Counted from the first letter of the stretch, positions 19,581 through 28,637 are shown. The stretch is DNA of 58,615 bases from Candidatus Omnitrophota bacterium (GCA_023227925.1 JALOCE010000002.1:1-58615), one strand, 5' to 3'. Program-made: numbers and translations. The notes: generated from the letters alone by a model not told the origin.

Positions 19581-19591
19581 AAAAAATGAAT
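19581..19591 (+). promoter_or_regulatory. early-type promoter motif AAAAAATGAAT upstream of Skp1
   Basis: ~40 nt upstream of ATG 19631 with no intervening ATG after the motif. Confidence 0.5.
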
Positions 19592-19630
19592 TCGCCCACT
19601 TTTGAGATATAAGGGACCATATATTTCGCG

Positions 19631-20236
19631 ATGACGACGACTGCCAGCAAAGAATCCGAGATAGCAATCGCCCCCGAGGTGGCGCGCGACGGCGCACCGC
19701 CAGCATCCGGACCGAGCGCGACGCCGCCCGTGGTCGCGCTTAGCGGCAAAATCGCGCACATAATATGCGAGGACGGGACGGCGTTTGACGTCCCCATCGA
19801 GGCCGCGAGAATAAGCAAGGTTGTGAAGCATATGATCGAGGATATCGCGCCAGGAGATGCGCCAACCATCCCGATCGCCGCGGAACCATCGCGATATGTG
19901 CGGATCGCGTTCGAATATTGCGCCGAGCTGGCGCGCCACCGCGATGAGTGGACCGATTGGTCGCGGCTCGCGGAGTCGCGCGTTCTCGATTGGCAGCGCG
20001 AATTTATCATGCCGTACTACGATAGCATCGAGGACCTATTCCATCTGCTGCGCGTGGGGACATTTCTCGATATATCCCAGCTCGTTGATCTCTCGGCGTA
20101 CATCAGCGCGGAGAGAATGCGCTGCAAGACCTACCTCGAGCTGCGCGAGATGCTCCATATTACGGACACTGGATTCACACCGGAGCAGGAGGCCGCGATC
20201 AAGGTTGAGCAGGATAACCTCTTCAAAACAGCGTGA
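19631..20236 (+). CDS. SKP1: Skp1 homologue (SCF ubiquitin-ligase adaptor)
   Basis: Collinear with Skp1: DGTAFDVPIEAARISKVVKHMIED (POZ part), WQREFI, LFHLLRVGTFLDI, and C-terminal FTPEQEAAIKVEQDNLF. Confidence 0.85.
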   Translation: MTTTASKESEIAIAPEVARDGAPPASGPSATPPVVALSGKIAHIICEDGTAFDVPIEAARISKVVKHMIEDIAPGDAPTIPIAAEPSRYVRIAFEYCAELARHRDEWTDWSRLAESRVLDWQREFIMPYYDSIEDLFHLLRVGTFLDISQLVDLSAYISAERMRCKTYLELREMLHITDTGFTPEQEAAIKVEQDNLFKTA

Positions 20237-20355
20237 TCGCGCGATGGCGCGGTGCAGCGCGCGTTATTTTTTGCGCGCGCGCGCCATTTTTCGCGCGCGT
20301 ACGCGCTATTTTTCGCGCGCGCGAAATTGAATCCCCCGCGCCTTGATAGAAAGAA

Positions 20356-21342
20356 ATGGATAAATCGCTAGCGCTGATGTTTCCAATTCTGCGCGGGCAT
20401 CGCCCGCAGAAATACTGCACGGTCGAGGATGACGATGGCGCGCGCGGTACTCCGCCAGCGCCGCGGCCACTTCTCGCAGAATTCACGCCCGAGCAAATAG
20501 AGGCGGCGAAAGCATCTATTCTCGCACACCTCGCCGCCGCGCAATCGGACGCGCGCGCGACGCAATCGATCCCAATTGAAGAAGGCGCGAAGGTGTGCGC
20601 CCCCGCGTTCGATCATGATGTTCTCGGGATGCCTGACGCGATCGAAGATGTGCGCTTTGATGATGGCGTTGCGCCACCGGGATGGGCACGGCGCGGTGGT
20701 TTTTCGACGCGCATTATTTCGCGCGAATGCGCGCTACGCGAGGCCGCGCGCGGCGCGATCATTAATTCGCTCGCGCAACCCGCGAAGATATGGATGCGCA
20801 AGATGGCGCGTAAATCGCGCGACGCGTTCATAGATTTGAGCCGCGCGTATCCGCCGCTCGCGCGCGCCGAGCGATTCGCGATGTGCTCGCGCTTGCGCGA
20901 CGCGCTCCCGGCGATTCTCGCGGGCGCGCACGTAAACGCGGCGGCGCGCGATCCGGGATGCGATGATTTCTATCGCATATTGCGCCTCAGTCGCTTCAAT
21001 AATATGTGGAACCGCGATCGCTGCGCGTTCTGCTCGCAGCAGCGCGAATCAATGACTATAATCGTCGTCATGATCCCGTGCGAGCATATTTTGTGCGCGC
21101 GAACTGAGTGCTTTGGGCGCGGTAGCGGCGGCGGCGCCGATGACAATACTCCGCGCACCAGCGCGAGTGATGATAAACCCGCGTGCCCGCTATGCGCGAT
21201 CGAGGCGGACGCGCTATTTCCGTTCGCGATAGGCGCTGGAGCTCGCGGGTCGTCGCGCGCTGTATTTATAGATTCTTCTCTCGCGGTGCCTGAGTCGATT
21301 ATCGAGAAATGTGTGTCCGCGATGCGCGACAGTGCGCGATGA
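20356..21342 (+). CDS. RING-finger protein with a dispersed-repeat copy inside the RING
   Basis: CAFC ... IPCEHILC ... [GGGADDNTPRTSASDDKP] ... ACPLC. AAATTGAAT (20324-20332) lies upstream. Confidence 0.6.
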   Translation: MDKSLALMFPILRGHRPQKYCTVEDDDGARGTPPAPRPLLAEFTPEQIEAAKASILAHLAAAQSDARATQSIPIEEGAKVCAPAFDHDVLGMPDAIEDVRFDDGVAPPGWARRGGFSTRIISRECALREAARGAIINSLAQPAKIWMRKMARKSRDAFIDLSRAYPPLARAERFAMCSRLRDALPAILAGAHVNAAARDPGCDDFYRILRLSRFNNMWNRDRCAFCSQQRESMTIIVVMIPCEHILCARTECFGRGSGGGADDNTPRTSASDDKPACPLCAIEADALFPFAIGAGARGSSRAVFIDSSLAVPESIIEKCVSAMRDSAR

Positions 21343-21383
21343 CGCGCGCGGTTTCTTTTTGCGCGCGCAATATACTTCGCGCG

Positions 21384-21551
21384 ATGATGGGTGTATTCAT
21401 TCCCTCGTGGGTAATAATCGCTGTGGTCGTTATTATGATTTTCTACTCGTGCGGCGGACGTGTGGAGACGCTTCTCGCGCCGCTCGGGATCGCGCCGAAA
21501 ACCGCGGACGCGGTTGAATTGTCGATGCGCCAGCAGATGTTCGCGCGCTGA
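21384..21551 (+). CDS. small membrane protein (55 aa)
   Basis: ATGATG is preceded by GCGCGCGCAATATACTTCGCGCG. TM segment FIPSWVIIAVVVIMIFY. T8 at 21578-21585. Confidence 0.45.
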   Translation: MMGVFIPSWVIIAVVVIMIFYSCGGRVETLLAPLGIAPKTADAVELSMRQQMFAR

Positions 21552-21577
21552 GGCTTGCGCGCGGGGGCAACCGCGGC

Positions 21578-21585
21578 TTTTTTTT
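21578..21585 (+). terminator. T8 run after stop of 21384..21551
   Basis: GCGCGGGGGCAACCGCGGC-TTTTTTTT. Confidence 0.45.
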
Positions 21586-21633
21586 GATTATGCGCGCGCG
21601 GATTAGATCACAAAAGCGTTTTTATACCGCGCG

Positions 21634-24600
21634 ATGTCGCACCCCATCATACCACCCGAGCCACGCGCAGCGGCCGCGCTCACCATTATTCATCTCGCGG
21701 ATATCCACATTCGCGACACCGCGCGCGATCGTTTTGCTCTCGCTCTCACGCGTTTGGGCGAGTTCTTGCGCACCAATCGCGCAGCGGCACCGCCAGATAA
21801 CGCGCTCATGACGATCGTCGTTGGCGACGTTTTTCATTATAAAACGCGATTGAGCGCCGAGAATATCAACGATTGCTACGCGCTGCTCGATACGATCGCG
21901 GAGCACTCGCGCGCGATCGCGATTATCCCCGGAAATCACGACGCGAACCTGGGCAACGATGGGCGCTGCGATCTGCTGACGCCGATACTGAGTAACTGTC
22001 GCGAGCTGCGGGGTGGCAAATGCGAATTATTCTATTGGGCGCGCAGCGGATGGACCGAGGTGGTGCTGGGGCGCGCGCAATTCTACGTATTTTCGCCTCT
22101 TTCGCGCGCCGGCGCGCCATCGGTGCTCGATGTTGCCGCGGCACGCGCCGAGGGTTCGCGACCGCTGCGGATCGCGCTGGTACATGATTTTATTCACGGC
22201 GTAAACGTCGCCGATGGTTCGGGAATGACGAGCGAGGTTCGCTCGGAATGGCTGGATCAATTCGACGCGACGATGTGCGGGCATTTTCACGACTACGCGG
22301 CGCGTCTGCATCCCGCGTCCGGCAACCCCATCGTTTATTGCGGCGCGCTCACGCAGCTCACGATCGGCGAATCATTCGATAAGGGATTCGTGATATGGGA
22401 CGCGCGCGTTGGCACTGCGGGCGCGTGGGAGCTCGCGCATCGATTTATCCCCATCGAAATTCCGGGCGCGCTCGTGAAATACGTCGTATCCGCGGATAGC
22501 TCCGGGCGCGTGCGCGTAGAATCGAATTGCACCACGAAGGGGCGCCATATTACACCGGATGCCGAGAGATGTGTGGTTGAATTGCGCGCGGGCGTCAAAA
22601 AAGACGCGCCCGCGATCGCCGCGCTCGTCGATGGCATCGGCAAGATTAATCCGCGTGCCAACGTGAAAATAGTAGTTCCCGCGGAGCACGTAGCGGGCGC
22701 GGTGTCGCGCGAGGTGGCGCTGAGTACGACGGGGCGAAAGCAGGAGGAATTGATCGCGGAAAAGCTGCGCGCGGCAAACTCGCGGATCGACGACGGAACG
22801 ATCGCCTCGGTAATCGCGCTTCACGTGCGAACGATGGCGAGCATCCGCGCGAGCGGTGAAGGTAATACTCCGCGCGCGAGTGGCGATAGCGCTCCTCCTC
22901 CGCGCGCGATCGCGTCCGTGGCGACGAAATGGACGCTCGCGTATCTCGAGTGGAGCGATCTATTCTGCTATGGGCGCGACAATTATATTAATTTCGCGTC
23001 CGTGGCGGGTATCGCCGGCCTCATCGCGCCGAATCGATGCGGGAAGTCATCCATTCTCGATATTCTCGTCCTCGCGCTGTTCAATCGCACGCTGCGCGGA
23101 TCCGCGTGTTCCATTATTCGGCGCGGACAACGCGACGCGAGTTTGCGCTGCGTTTGGACGACGCGCGCCGACGCGAGCGTGCCGCGCGAGGATGTTCATG
23201 AGCTCACGCGCGCGTGGAATTATTGCGGTAAAACGAGAATACAATACCTCGTGAATGATCGCAATATGACTGACCTCGATTTGCGCCAGACGTATCTCGC
23301 GATTGAGCGCTCAGTCGGCAATCTCGATGATTTTCTCGCGGCGGTGCTCATTCCGCAGCATAGTGATATATCATTCATCGACGCGACCGACGCGCAGCGG
23401 CGCGCGACCATATCGCGCATCCTTGGTCTGGATTTGCTTGACGAAGCGCTATCCATCGTCAAGACGAGCGAGCGCGAAATTAACGCGCGCGTTCGCGCGC
23501 AATCAGAGGTCGTCGAGCGCATAACGCGCCGAATAGCGGAAATCTATGCTCATGCGTGTCCGCAGCAAGCATCTGGCGCGGCGCCGGATCACGCGGAAAT
23601 GCGCGCGGCGATGATGAAGCGCATCGAGGACGCGAATAAATACGTCGCGGATCTCCTCGCGAGGCTAAGGGAGCTGGAGGCAATACCCGCGGTCGCGCGC
23701 CCATCGAAAACGCGCGATGATTATGCGCGCGAGATCGCGGCGGCGAGGGGACGCCTCGCGTCACTCGAGGAAGAGCGCGCGCGAGAGGAAACGCGCATGA
23801 ATGAGGGTCGGCGGCAGCTGCGCGAATTGATGAGCGCGGTGCCGGCGCTATTTCCGAGCGCGACGCCGACAATAAGCCCGATATCTGTGGAGCAATTAAT
23901 TGATCGCGAGCGCGAGCGCTTGACACGTTTGGAGGAGCAGATAGACCAAAGCGCGCTCGCGTTTGCGCGCGTGAAGGGCGGAATTAAGCCCTCGGAAATT
24001 CCATCGCGGCTTGCGCGCGAGGTGAAGCGGTGCGAATACTTGGGCGAGATGCGCGCGGCGACCGAAGCGATCGCGGCGCGGAGCGCACCGTCGCGCGACA
24101 CACCGAAAATCATCGCCGACGCGCGGATGCGCGAATTTGCGAGCGCGTTTGGCGGCGCACCACCATCGACGATTGATGAAACGCGCGCGGCGCGAGCTGT
24201 CGCCGTTGCAAAACGCAGTGAAATCGAGGCGCGACGCGGCGATGATTCATTACCGCGCGAGTGTCGATGCGCGCGCATAGAGAAACTATACCCCGCGCGT
24301 AATCGCGCGGAACGCGTGGTGCGCGTTGATACCATTCGGCGCGCGATGTTTGCCGCGAGCGTGGAGTTGCCGCGCGATACACCCGCGAATGCTGGCGCGT
24401 GCATTGATCGCATCCGCGCGATTGTTGGGACGGTTGCCGTCAAGCGCCAACAACTTATTCTCGCGTATCCCGACGCACTGCCTGGTCGCGCGAGTGGCGG
24501 CGCGCGCGGCGATCCGCGCGCGAGTGATGGTAATACTCCGCGCGCGAGTGATGGTAATACTCCGCGCGCGAGTGATGGCAATACTCGCGCCTGCGCGAGT

Positions 24601-26202
24601 GATGAAATTCCGCTCGACGCGCTTATGGAAATCGCGCATTGCGCTATTGGCGCCGTTCGCGCTGGCATCGCGCCGATCGCGCGGATAGTCTCGCGCGGTG
24701 CGTTCGATGACGCGCAATTCTGCCTCGAGCATCACGACGAAATCGAAACGCGCGCGGCGATTGCGGCGGAAATGGCGCGTGCGGATGGCGAAATCGCGCG
24801 CCTCGACGAGTGGGAATCGCATATTATCGCGAGCGAGCGCGCTGCGGTATTAAACGCGTTGCGCGCGAAATTAGAGACTGCGCGCGCTGGTTTCACGGCG
24901 CTCGCGGGAGATACGCGCGTGCCGCGAACCGCGGATGAAATTCGCGATCAGCTGCATAAATCCGAGCAGGCGGTCGCGCTGTTGCGCTCGATGAATGAAC
25001 AGCGCGCGAAAATAGTCGCCGCGCAGGCGTTGGACGAGGAAATAACGCACCTAAAATCGCGCGTCGATAGTTGCTTCGCGATCCAGCGCGCGACCATCGC
25101 CATCGATAAATGCGAGGGTGCGTATGCGCGCGCGCGAGATAACGCTGCAGCGGCGCGAACTCAAGTCGCGGATCTTGAGGCGCGCGCGAGTGCGGTGGTG
25201 GCGGAATGGACTGCGTATGAGGAGAGCGCGGCGCGCGCGCGCGAAATCACGCGCTTACGCGATCAGTACGCGCGCGATCATATGGCGAAGGTGTCGCTTA
25301 TCGCGGAATCCGAAGAGCTGGTGCGCGCGCAACGCGAATTGAGCGAGGTAAGCGCGGTCCTCGCGATCGCGCATCGTGAAAGTCACATCCATCAGCTTTA
25401 CGCGATGGCGCTGGACGCGAAAACCGGGATTCAGCGCGACCTGATGGCCAATTCCATTCATCTCATCGAGGAAGAGACCAATCTCATGCTGGCGTCGACC
25501 GCGCAGCTGCGGATTTCGATTAAGCTCGGCGCCGCGAGCGTGTCGTCAAGCGCCGGCGGCGTAAAGGATGCCGCGACGGTCACGGGGGCGGTCAAAGCGA
25601 TCGCGATTACGGTGCGCGATCTCGCGCGCGGTGATGTTGAGCATGCTGCCGAGTTATGCAGCGGATTTCAGCGCTTTGTGCTCAGCGTCGCGCTTCGGCG
25701 CGCGTTTCTGCGTTGCGCGGTGCGGCCGATGCCGCATTTTATGATAATAGACGAGGGATTCGGCTGCCTCGACGAAGAGAACATGACGCGGATGAGCGAG
25801 TATTTACCCGAGCTAGCGCGCGAATTGCGCTTCATAATGATCGTGTCGCATATCGACTCGCTGAATACGATCATCACGATGCCGATGCCGATCGATTTTA
25901 GCGCGCGCGGTGGTGGTGACGCTGGTGGCGCGATTGTGAGCGCGATGCGTTTTGGCGCGCGTCGGTGCGCGGCGCTAGTTGGGGGCGGCGACGGCGCGGC
26001 GCGCGCTGGCGTTATTCCTGTCAGCACGAAAGCGGCGCGAGCGAAGAAGGTTGCGCCCACATATGACGCCGCTATGGTTGATAAGCGCGCGGACGGGACG
26101 CTTTTCTGCAAGCTATGCGGATGTGATTTCAAGCTGTGGACGCGCCATATTGTTACAAAAAAACACGCGCGGAAATGCGCGAGCGCGCTGGTGACCAAAT
26201 GA
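21634..26202 (+). CDS. fused Mre11/SbcD-type phosphoesterase and Rad50/SbcC-type coiled-coil ATPase, with a C-terminal U1/matrin-like C2H2 zinc finger
   Basis: Phosphoesterase motifs HLADIHIRD, VGDVFH, PGNHD, GHFHD. Walker A APNRCGKSS, then a ~900-aa coiled-coil-like Ala/Arg/Glu region. Signature-like CSGFQRF, Walker B FMIIDEGFGCLD, VSHI. C-terminal CKLCGCDFKLWTRHIVTKKH. Two dispersed-repeat insertions. Confidence 0.85.
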   Translation: MSHPIIPPEPRAAAALTIIHLADIHIRDTARDRFALALTRLGEFLRTNRAAAPPDNALMTIVVGDVFHYKTRLSAENINDCYALLDTIAEHSRAIAIIPGNHDANLGNDGRCDLLTPILSNCRELRGGKCELFYWARSGWTEVVLGRAQFYVFSPLSRAGAPSVLDVAAARAEGSRPLRIALVHDFIHGVNVADGSGMTSEVRSEWLDQFDATMCGHFHDYAARLHPASGNPIVYCGALTQLTIGESFDKGFVIWDARVGTAGAWELAHRFIPIEIPGALVKYVVSADSSGRVRVESNCTTKGRHITPDAERCVVELRAGVKKDAPAIAALVDGIGKINPRANVKIVVPAEHVAGAVSREVALSTTGRKQEELIAEKLRAANSRIDDGTIASVIALHVRTMASIRASGEGNTPRASGDSAPPPRAIASVATKWTLAYLEWSDLFCYGRDNYINFASVAGIAGLIAPNRCGKSSILDILVLALFNRTLRGSACSIIRRGQRDASLRCVWTTRADASVPREDVHELTRAWNYCGKTRIQYLVNDRNMTDLDLRQTYLAIERSVGNLDDFLAAVLIPQHSDISFIDATDAQRRATISRILGLDLLDEALSIVKTSEREINARVRAQSEVVERITRRIAEIYAHACPQQASGAAPDHAEMRAAMMKRIEDANKYVADLLARLRELEAIPAVARPSKTRDDYAREIAAARGRLASLEEERAREETRMNEGRRQLRELMSAVPALFPSATPTISPISVEQLIDRERERLTRLEEQIDQSALAFARVKGGIKPSEIPSRLAREVKRCEYLGEMRAATEAIAARSAPSRDTPKIIADARMREFASAFGGAPPSTIDETRAARAVAVAKRSEIEARRGDDSLPRECRCARIEKLYPARNRAERVVRVDTIRRAMFAASVELPRDTPANAGACIDRIRAIVGTVAVKRQQLILAYPDALPGRASGGARGDPRASDGNTPRASDGNTPRASDGNTRACASDEIPLDALMEIAHCAIGAVRAGIAPIARIVSRGAFDDAQFCLEHHDEIETRAAIAAEMARADGEIARLDEWESHIIASERAAVLNALRAKLETARAGFTALAGDTRVPRTADEIRDQLHKSEQAVALLRSMNEQRAKIVAAQALDEEITHLKSRVDSCFAIQRATIAIDKCEGAYARARDNAAAARTQVADLEARASAVVAEWTAYEESAARAREITRLRDQYARDHMAKVSLIAESEELVRAQRELSEVSAVLAIAHRESHIHQLYAMALDAKTGIQRDLMANSIHLIEEETNLMLASTAQLRISIKLGAASVSSSAGGVKDAATVTGAVKAIAITVRDLARGDVEHAAELCSGFQRFVLSVALRRAFLRCAVRPMPHFMIIDEGFGCLDEENMTRMSEYLPELARELRFIMIVSHIDSLNTIITMPMPIDFSARGGGDAGGAIVSAMRFGARRCAALVGGGDGAARAGVIPVSTKAARAKKVAPTYDAAMVDKRADGTLFCKLCGCDFKLWTRHIVTKKHARKCASALVTK
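22855..22890 (+). repeat. dispersed repeat, single copy (sense; SGEGNTPRASGDS) in the SbcCD-like gene
   Basis: GGTGAAGGTAATACTCCGCGCGCGAGTGGCGATAGC. Confidence 0.85.
24493..24606 (+). repeat. dispersed repeat, 24-nt unit AGTGATGGTAATACTCCGCGCGCG, 2 exact copies plus degenerate flanking copies (sense) in the SbcCD-like gene
   Basis: Exact copies at 24523-24546 and 24547-24570. Peptide RASDGNTPRASDGNTPRASDGNTRACASDE. Confidence 0.9.
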
Positions 26203-26240
26203 TCGCGGCGCGCGCGGCTCTTTTTTCATGCGCTACGCGA

Positions 26241-28580
26241 TTATCTCGATGACGTCGCGCTCGCGCGCAATAAATCAATATCACCGCAGGACGCGTTGAG
26301 CGCGCTATCATCCGACTCACTTTCATCATCGCGCGGCAATGGATGGCGATTGCGATCCAGTAATTCGCGCGCGTACGCGATAAACGCGGGGTCATCGCGC
26401 TCGACCGCCGATGAGCCGACGATAAGAATCCGCACCATCTCGGTGAGACGCTCGCGCGTGAGATTGCGCAGAATAATGAGCTCATCGCTGCGCACGTTGA
26501 ACAGGCGATATTCCTGTTTCGCGCCGGTGGCGTCGCACGGAGTATCGCCATCGAGCGTCAGAAACGCGTAACACGCGAGTTGCAGGATATGCTCGCTGCG
26601 TAGCGCGCCGGAGGTGCATTTTATCTCGTAATGAACGCGCGTCCCGTTTTCGGATACGATGCAATCGATGCGCCCGCATATGATGTAATAATCGGCGCTC
26701 CCGGATTCGCCGCGCGCGACGGAAACGCGATGCTCCGCGCTCACCTCGAATTGTATTTCTGCGGGTGATTGCTCGCAGTGCACCGGCTTGGTGGGCTCAA
26801 TTTCAGCGCGCAACCGCGCGATCGCGAGATCCATATTCTCTCGCGTAATCCATTCCCAATCGCGTATCTGGATGAGTTTATGCACATACCGGGAATCTAT
26901 CGCGCACGATACGGCGGCGAGACGCGCGTAATATGGTACCGTGCTGCGGAGTTGTTCGCGAAACGGTGTCCAGTAATCTCTGCGAATACTCTTGGCTCCC
27001 CCCAAGCTGCGCTGGTTTTTCTCGTCGAATATATGTTCCTCGACCTGCTCGCCAGCGCCGATTCTAAACGCGAGCGCGATTGGGATCGCGGTGCCCGTTA
27101 TTTCCGATACTTCCTCGACGCAATTGCCGCGGCTTGCTGTGGTCACGGGGATTGCGATACACTTATCGGACGCAGGTCGCGCGATGACGTAATCAACGCA
27201 CGCGAGAGCGCGCGCAAGCACGTCCAGCGTCTTGTGCGAGACAAGTTGGGTAACGCTCTTGCGCGGTGGCAATCGGCCTTTATTTTTCGGCCATTGGCAC
27301 CGCGGCGGAAGCGGGCCAACGTACTCGCAGTGATCCAACGCGCGATCCGTTAGAAACGCGAGCGGCGCGCTCTCGAGTGATCGAATAACGGTGATCTCCG
27401 TTTTCGCGCGCGTGAGTGCGACATATTGCGCGTTGCTGAGGGTGGATGGCGGCATATCGCGCGCGCACGCGAAATATCCCGCGTCGAACCCGAATACGAA
27501 CACGTGATCGCGCTCGAGCCCCTTGGATTGATGATACGAGAGAAAACACAGCTTGCGCCGCAGCACGCTATCCTTTTTGCACCCGATATCCTCAAGATCC
27601 GACGCCGGGACGTACACCTCGGCGCGATTCGATTTTGAGAGCTTGTTGGCGACCTTATGCACCAGGTGGTCTCCCTTGAGCGATGGCGCGATGCAAAATA
27701 TATTTTCCGCGCCATATGTGCGCATCGCGTCCGCTATTCGGTCCGCGATTTTCTTGGCGTCCGAGAAATGCGCGAAAACGTAATTAACGGGCGCGCCCGG
27801 TTTGCGCGAAATCATTCGCGGCGCACGCTCGCCAGGCGCGAGACCGCGGATCAATTCGTTGACGAAACCAGCCATCGGAATCGTGCAGCGGAACGTTTGG
27901 CTGAACGAGACGCGCTCGAATGGTATACCCAATATTTCCGGAAACATGGTGAGAAAGCGTGCATCCGAGCCATTATAGCCGTATATCATCTGATATTTAT
28001 CGCCGATCACGCATACGCGCGGTAATATTTTCGCGTCGGGCGCGCCCGTCGCGCACGCTTCGATGCACAATCCGATGAGGCGAAACGTGAGCGGAGCGAT
28101 ATCTTGCGCCTCGTCGATCACGATAGCGTCATAATGAGTCGCGAGCGCGAACCCGCCGTGTGCAAGAAGCTCGCTCATATCAGCATCATTGCGACACACG
28201 ACGCCGTGCGCGAGTCCACATAGTGCGTGGTAGGTATACGCGTTGATATTGCCGCATTGCGCACCGCGCGCGCGATTCTCGGTTTCCGTCTGGAGGCGTT
28301 TATTATACGTGATGAATAGCATTCGCGTGCGCGGGTTCGCGCGCGCGAGATGGAGAATGAACGTCGTTTTACCACCGCCGGCGACGCTATCGACGAGAAT
28401 ATTCTTGCCGCGCGAGAATAATTCAATCGCGTGTGCTTGCTCCGCGGATGGACCCGGAATCGCGGATGGCGCCGGAATCGCGGGAAGCCCCGGAATCGCG
28501 GGAAGCCCCGGAATCGCGGGCCGCGCGGGCCGCGAGCGTGATGATTTGCGCTGCGCTTTCACTTTATGGGCGATAGGCAT
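26241..28580 (-). CDS. UvrD/Rep-like SF1 helicase fused to a C-terminal RecB-family PD-(D/E)XK nuclease
   Basis: Helicase motifs AGGGKTT, IVIDEAQDI, GDKYQMIYGY, SQTFRC, YHQSKGLERDHVFVF, YVALTRAK. C-terminal GRIDCI...YEIKCT...QLACY matches D...ExK...QxxxY. ATG is preceded by CAGTATAAAAA. Confidence 0.85.
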   Translation of the reverse strand: MPIAHKVKAQRKSSRSRPARPAIPGLPAIPGLPAIPAPSAIPGPSAEQAHAIELFSRGKNILVDSVAGGGKTTFILHLARANPRTRMLFITYNKRLQTETENRARGAQCGNINAYTYHALCGLAHGVVCRNDADMSELLAHGGFALATHYDAIVIDEAQDIAPLTFRLIGLCIEACATGAPDAKILPRVCVIGDKYQMIYGYNGSDARFLTMFPEILGIPFERVSFSQTFRCTIPMAGFVNELIRGLAPGERAPRMISRKPGAPVNYVFAHFSDAKKIADRIADAMRTYGAENIFCIAPSLKGDHLVHKVANKLSKSNRAEVYVPASDLEDIGCKKDSVLRRKLCFLSYHQSKGLERDHVFVFGFDAGYFACARDMPPSTLSNAQYVALTRAKTEITVIRSLESAPLAFLTDRALDHCEYVGPLPPRCQWPKNKGRLPPRKSVTQLVSHKTLDVLARALACVDYVIARPASDKCIAIPVTTASRGNCVEEVSEITGTAIPIALAFRIGAGEQVEEHIFDEKNQRSLGGAKSIRRDYWTPFREQLRSTVPYYARLAAVSCAIDSRYVHKLIQIRDWEWITRENMDLAIARLRAEIEPTKPVHCEQSPAEIQFEVSAEHRVSVARGESGSADYYIICGRIDCIVSENGTRVHYEIKCTSGALRSEHILQLACYAFLTLDGDTPCDATGAKQEYRLFNVRSDELIILRNLTRERLTEMVRILIVGSSAVERDDPAFIAYARELLDRNRHPLPRDDESESDDSALNASCGDIDLLRASATSSR
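28454..28525. repeat. private 18-nt minisatellite (CCGGAATCGCGGGAAGCC, 4 units) encoding (PAIPGL)n at the helicase N-terminus
   Basis: Units at 28454, 28472, 28490 and 28508. The middle two are identical. Confidence 0.9.
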
Positions 28581-28629
28581 TTTTTATACTGTCGCACGGC
28601 TATCTTTGGGTAAACCACGCGAGAGAGAG

Positions 28630-28637
28630 AAAAAAAA
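28630..28637 (-). terminator. T8 run (A8 on + strand) ~55 nt after the RPB2 stop
   Basis: On the minus strand it reads GCGCGGCCCCATTTTTTTT. Confidence 0.45.

Noticed and set aside
23721-24668. 315-aa minus-strand ORF (and many similar Arg/Ala-rich ORFs such as 12658..13110, 14120..14893, 39094..39984, 40212..41378, 46661..47371)
   Set aside because: These are shadow ORFs inside longer genes with recognisable domains or better start context. They are a consequence of GC-rich, stop-poor sequence in all frames.
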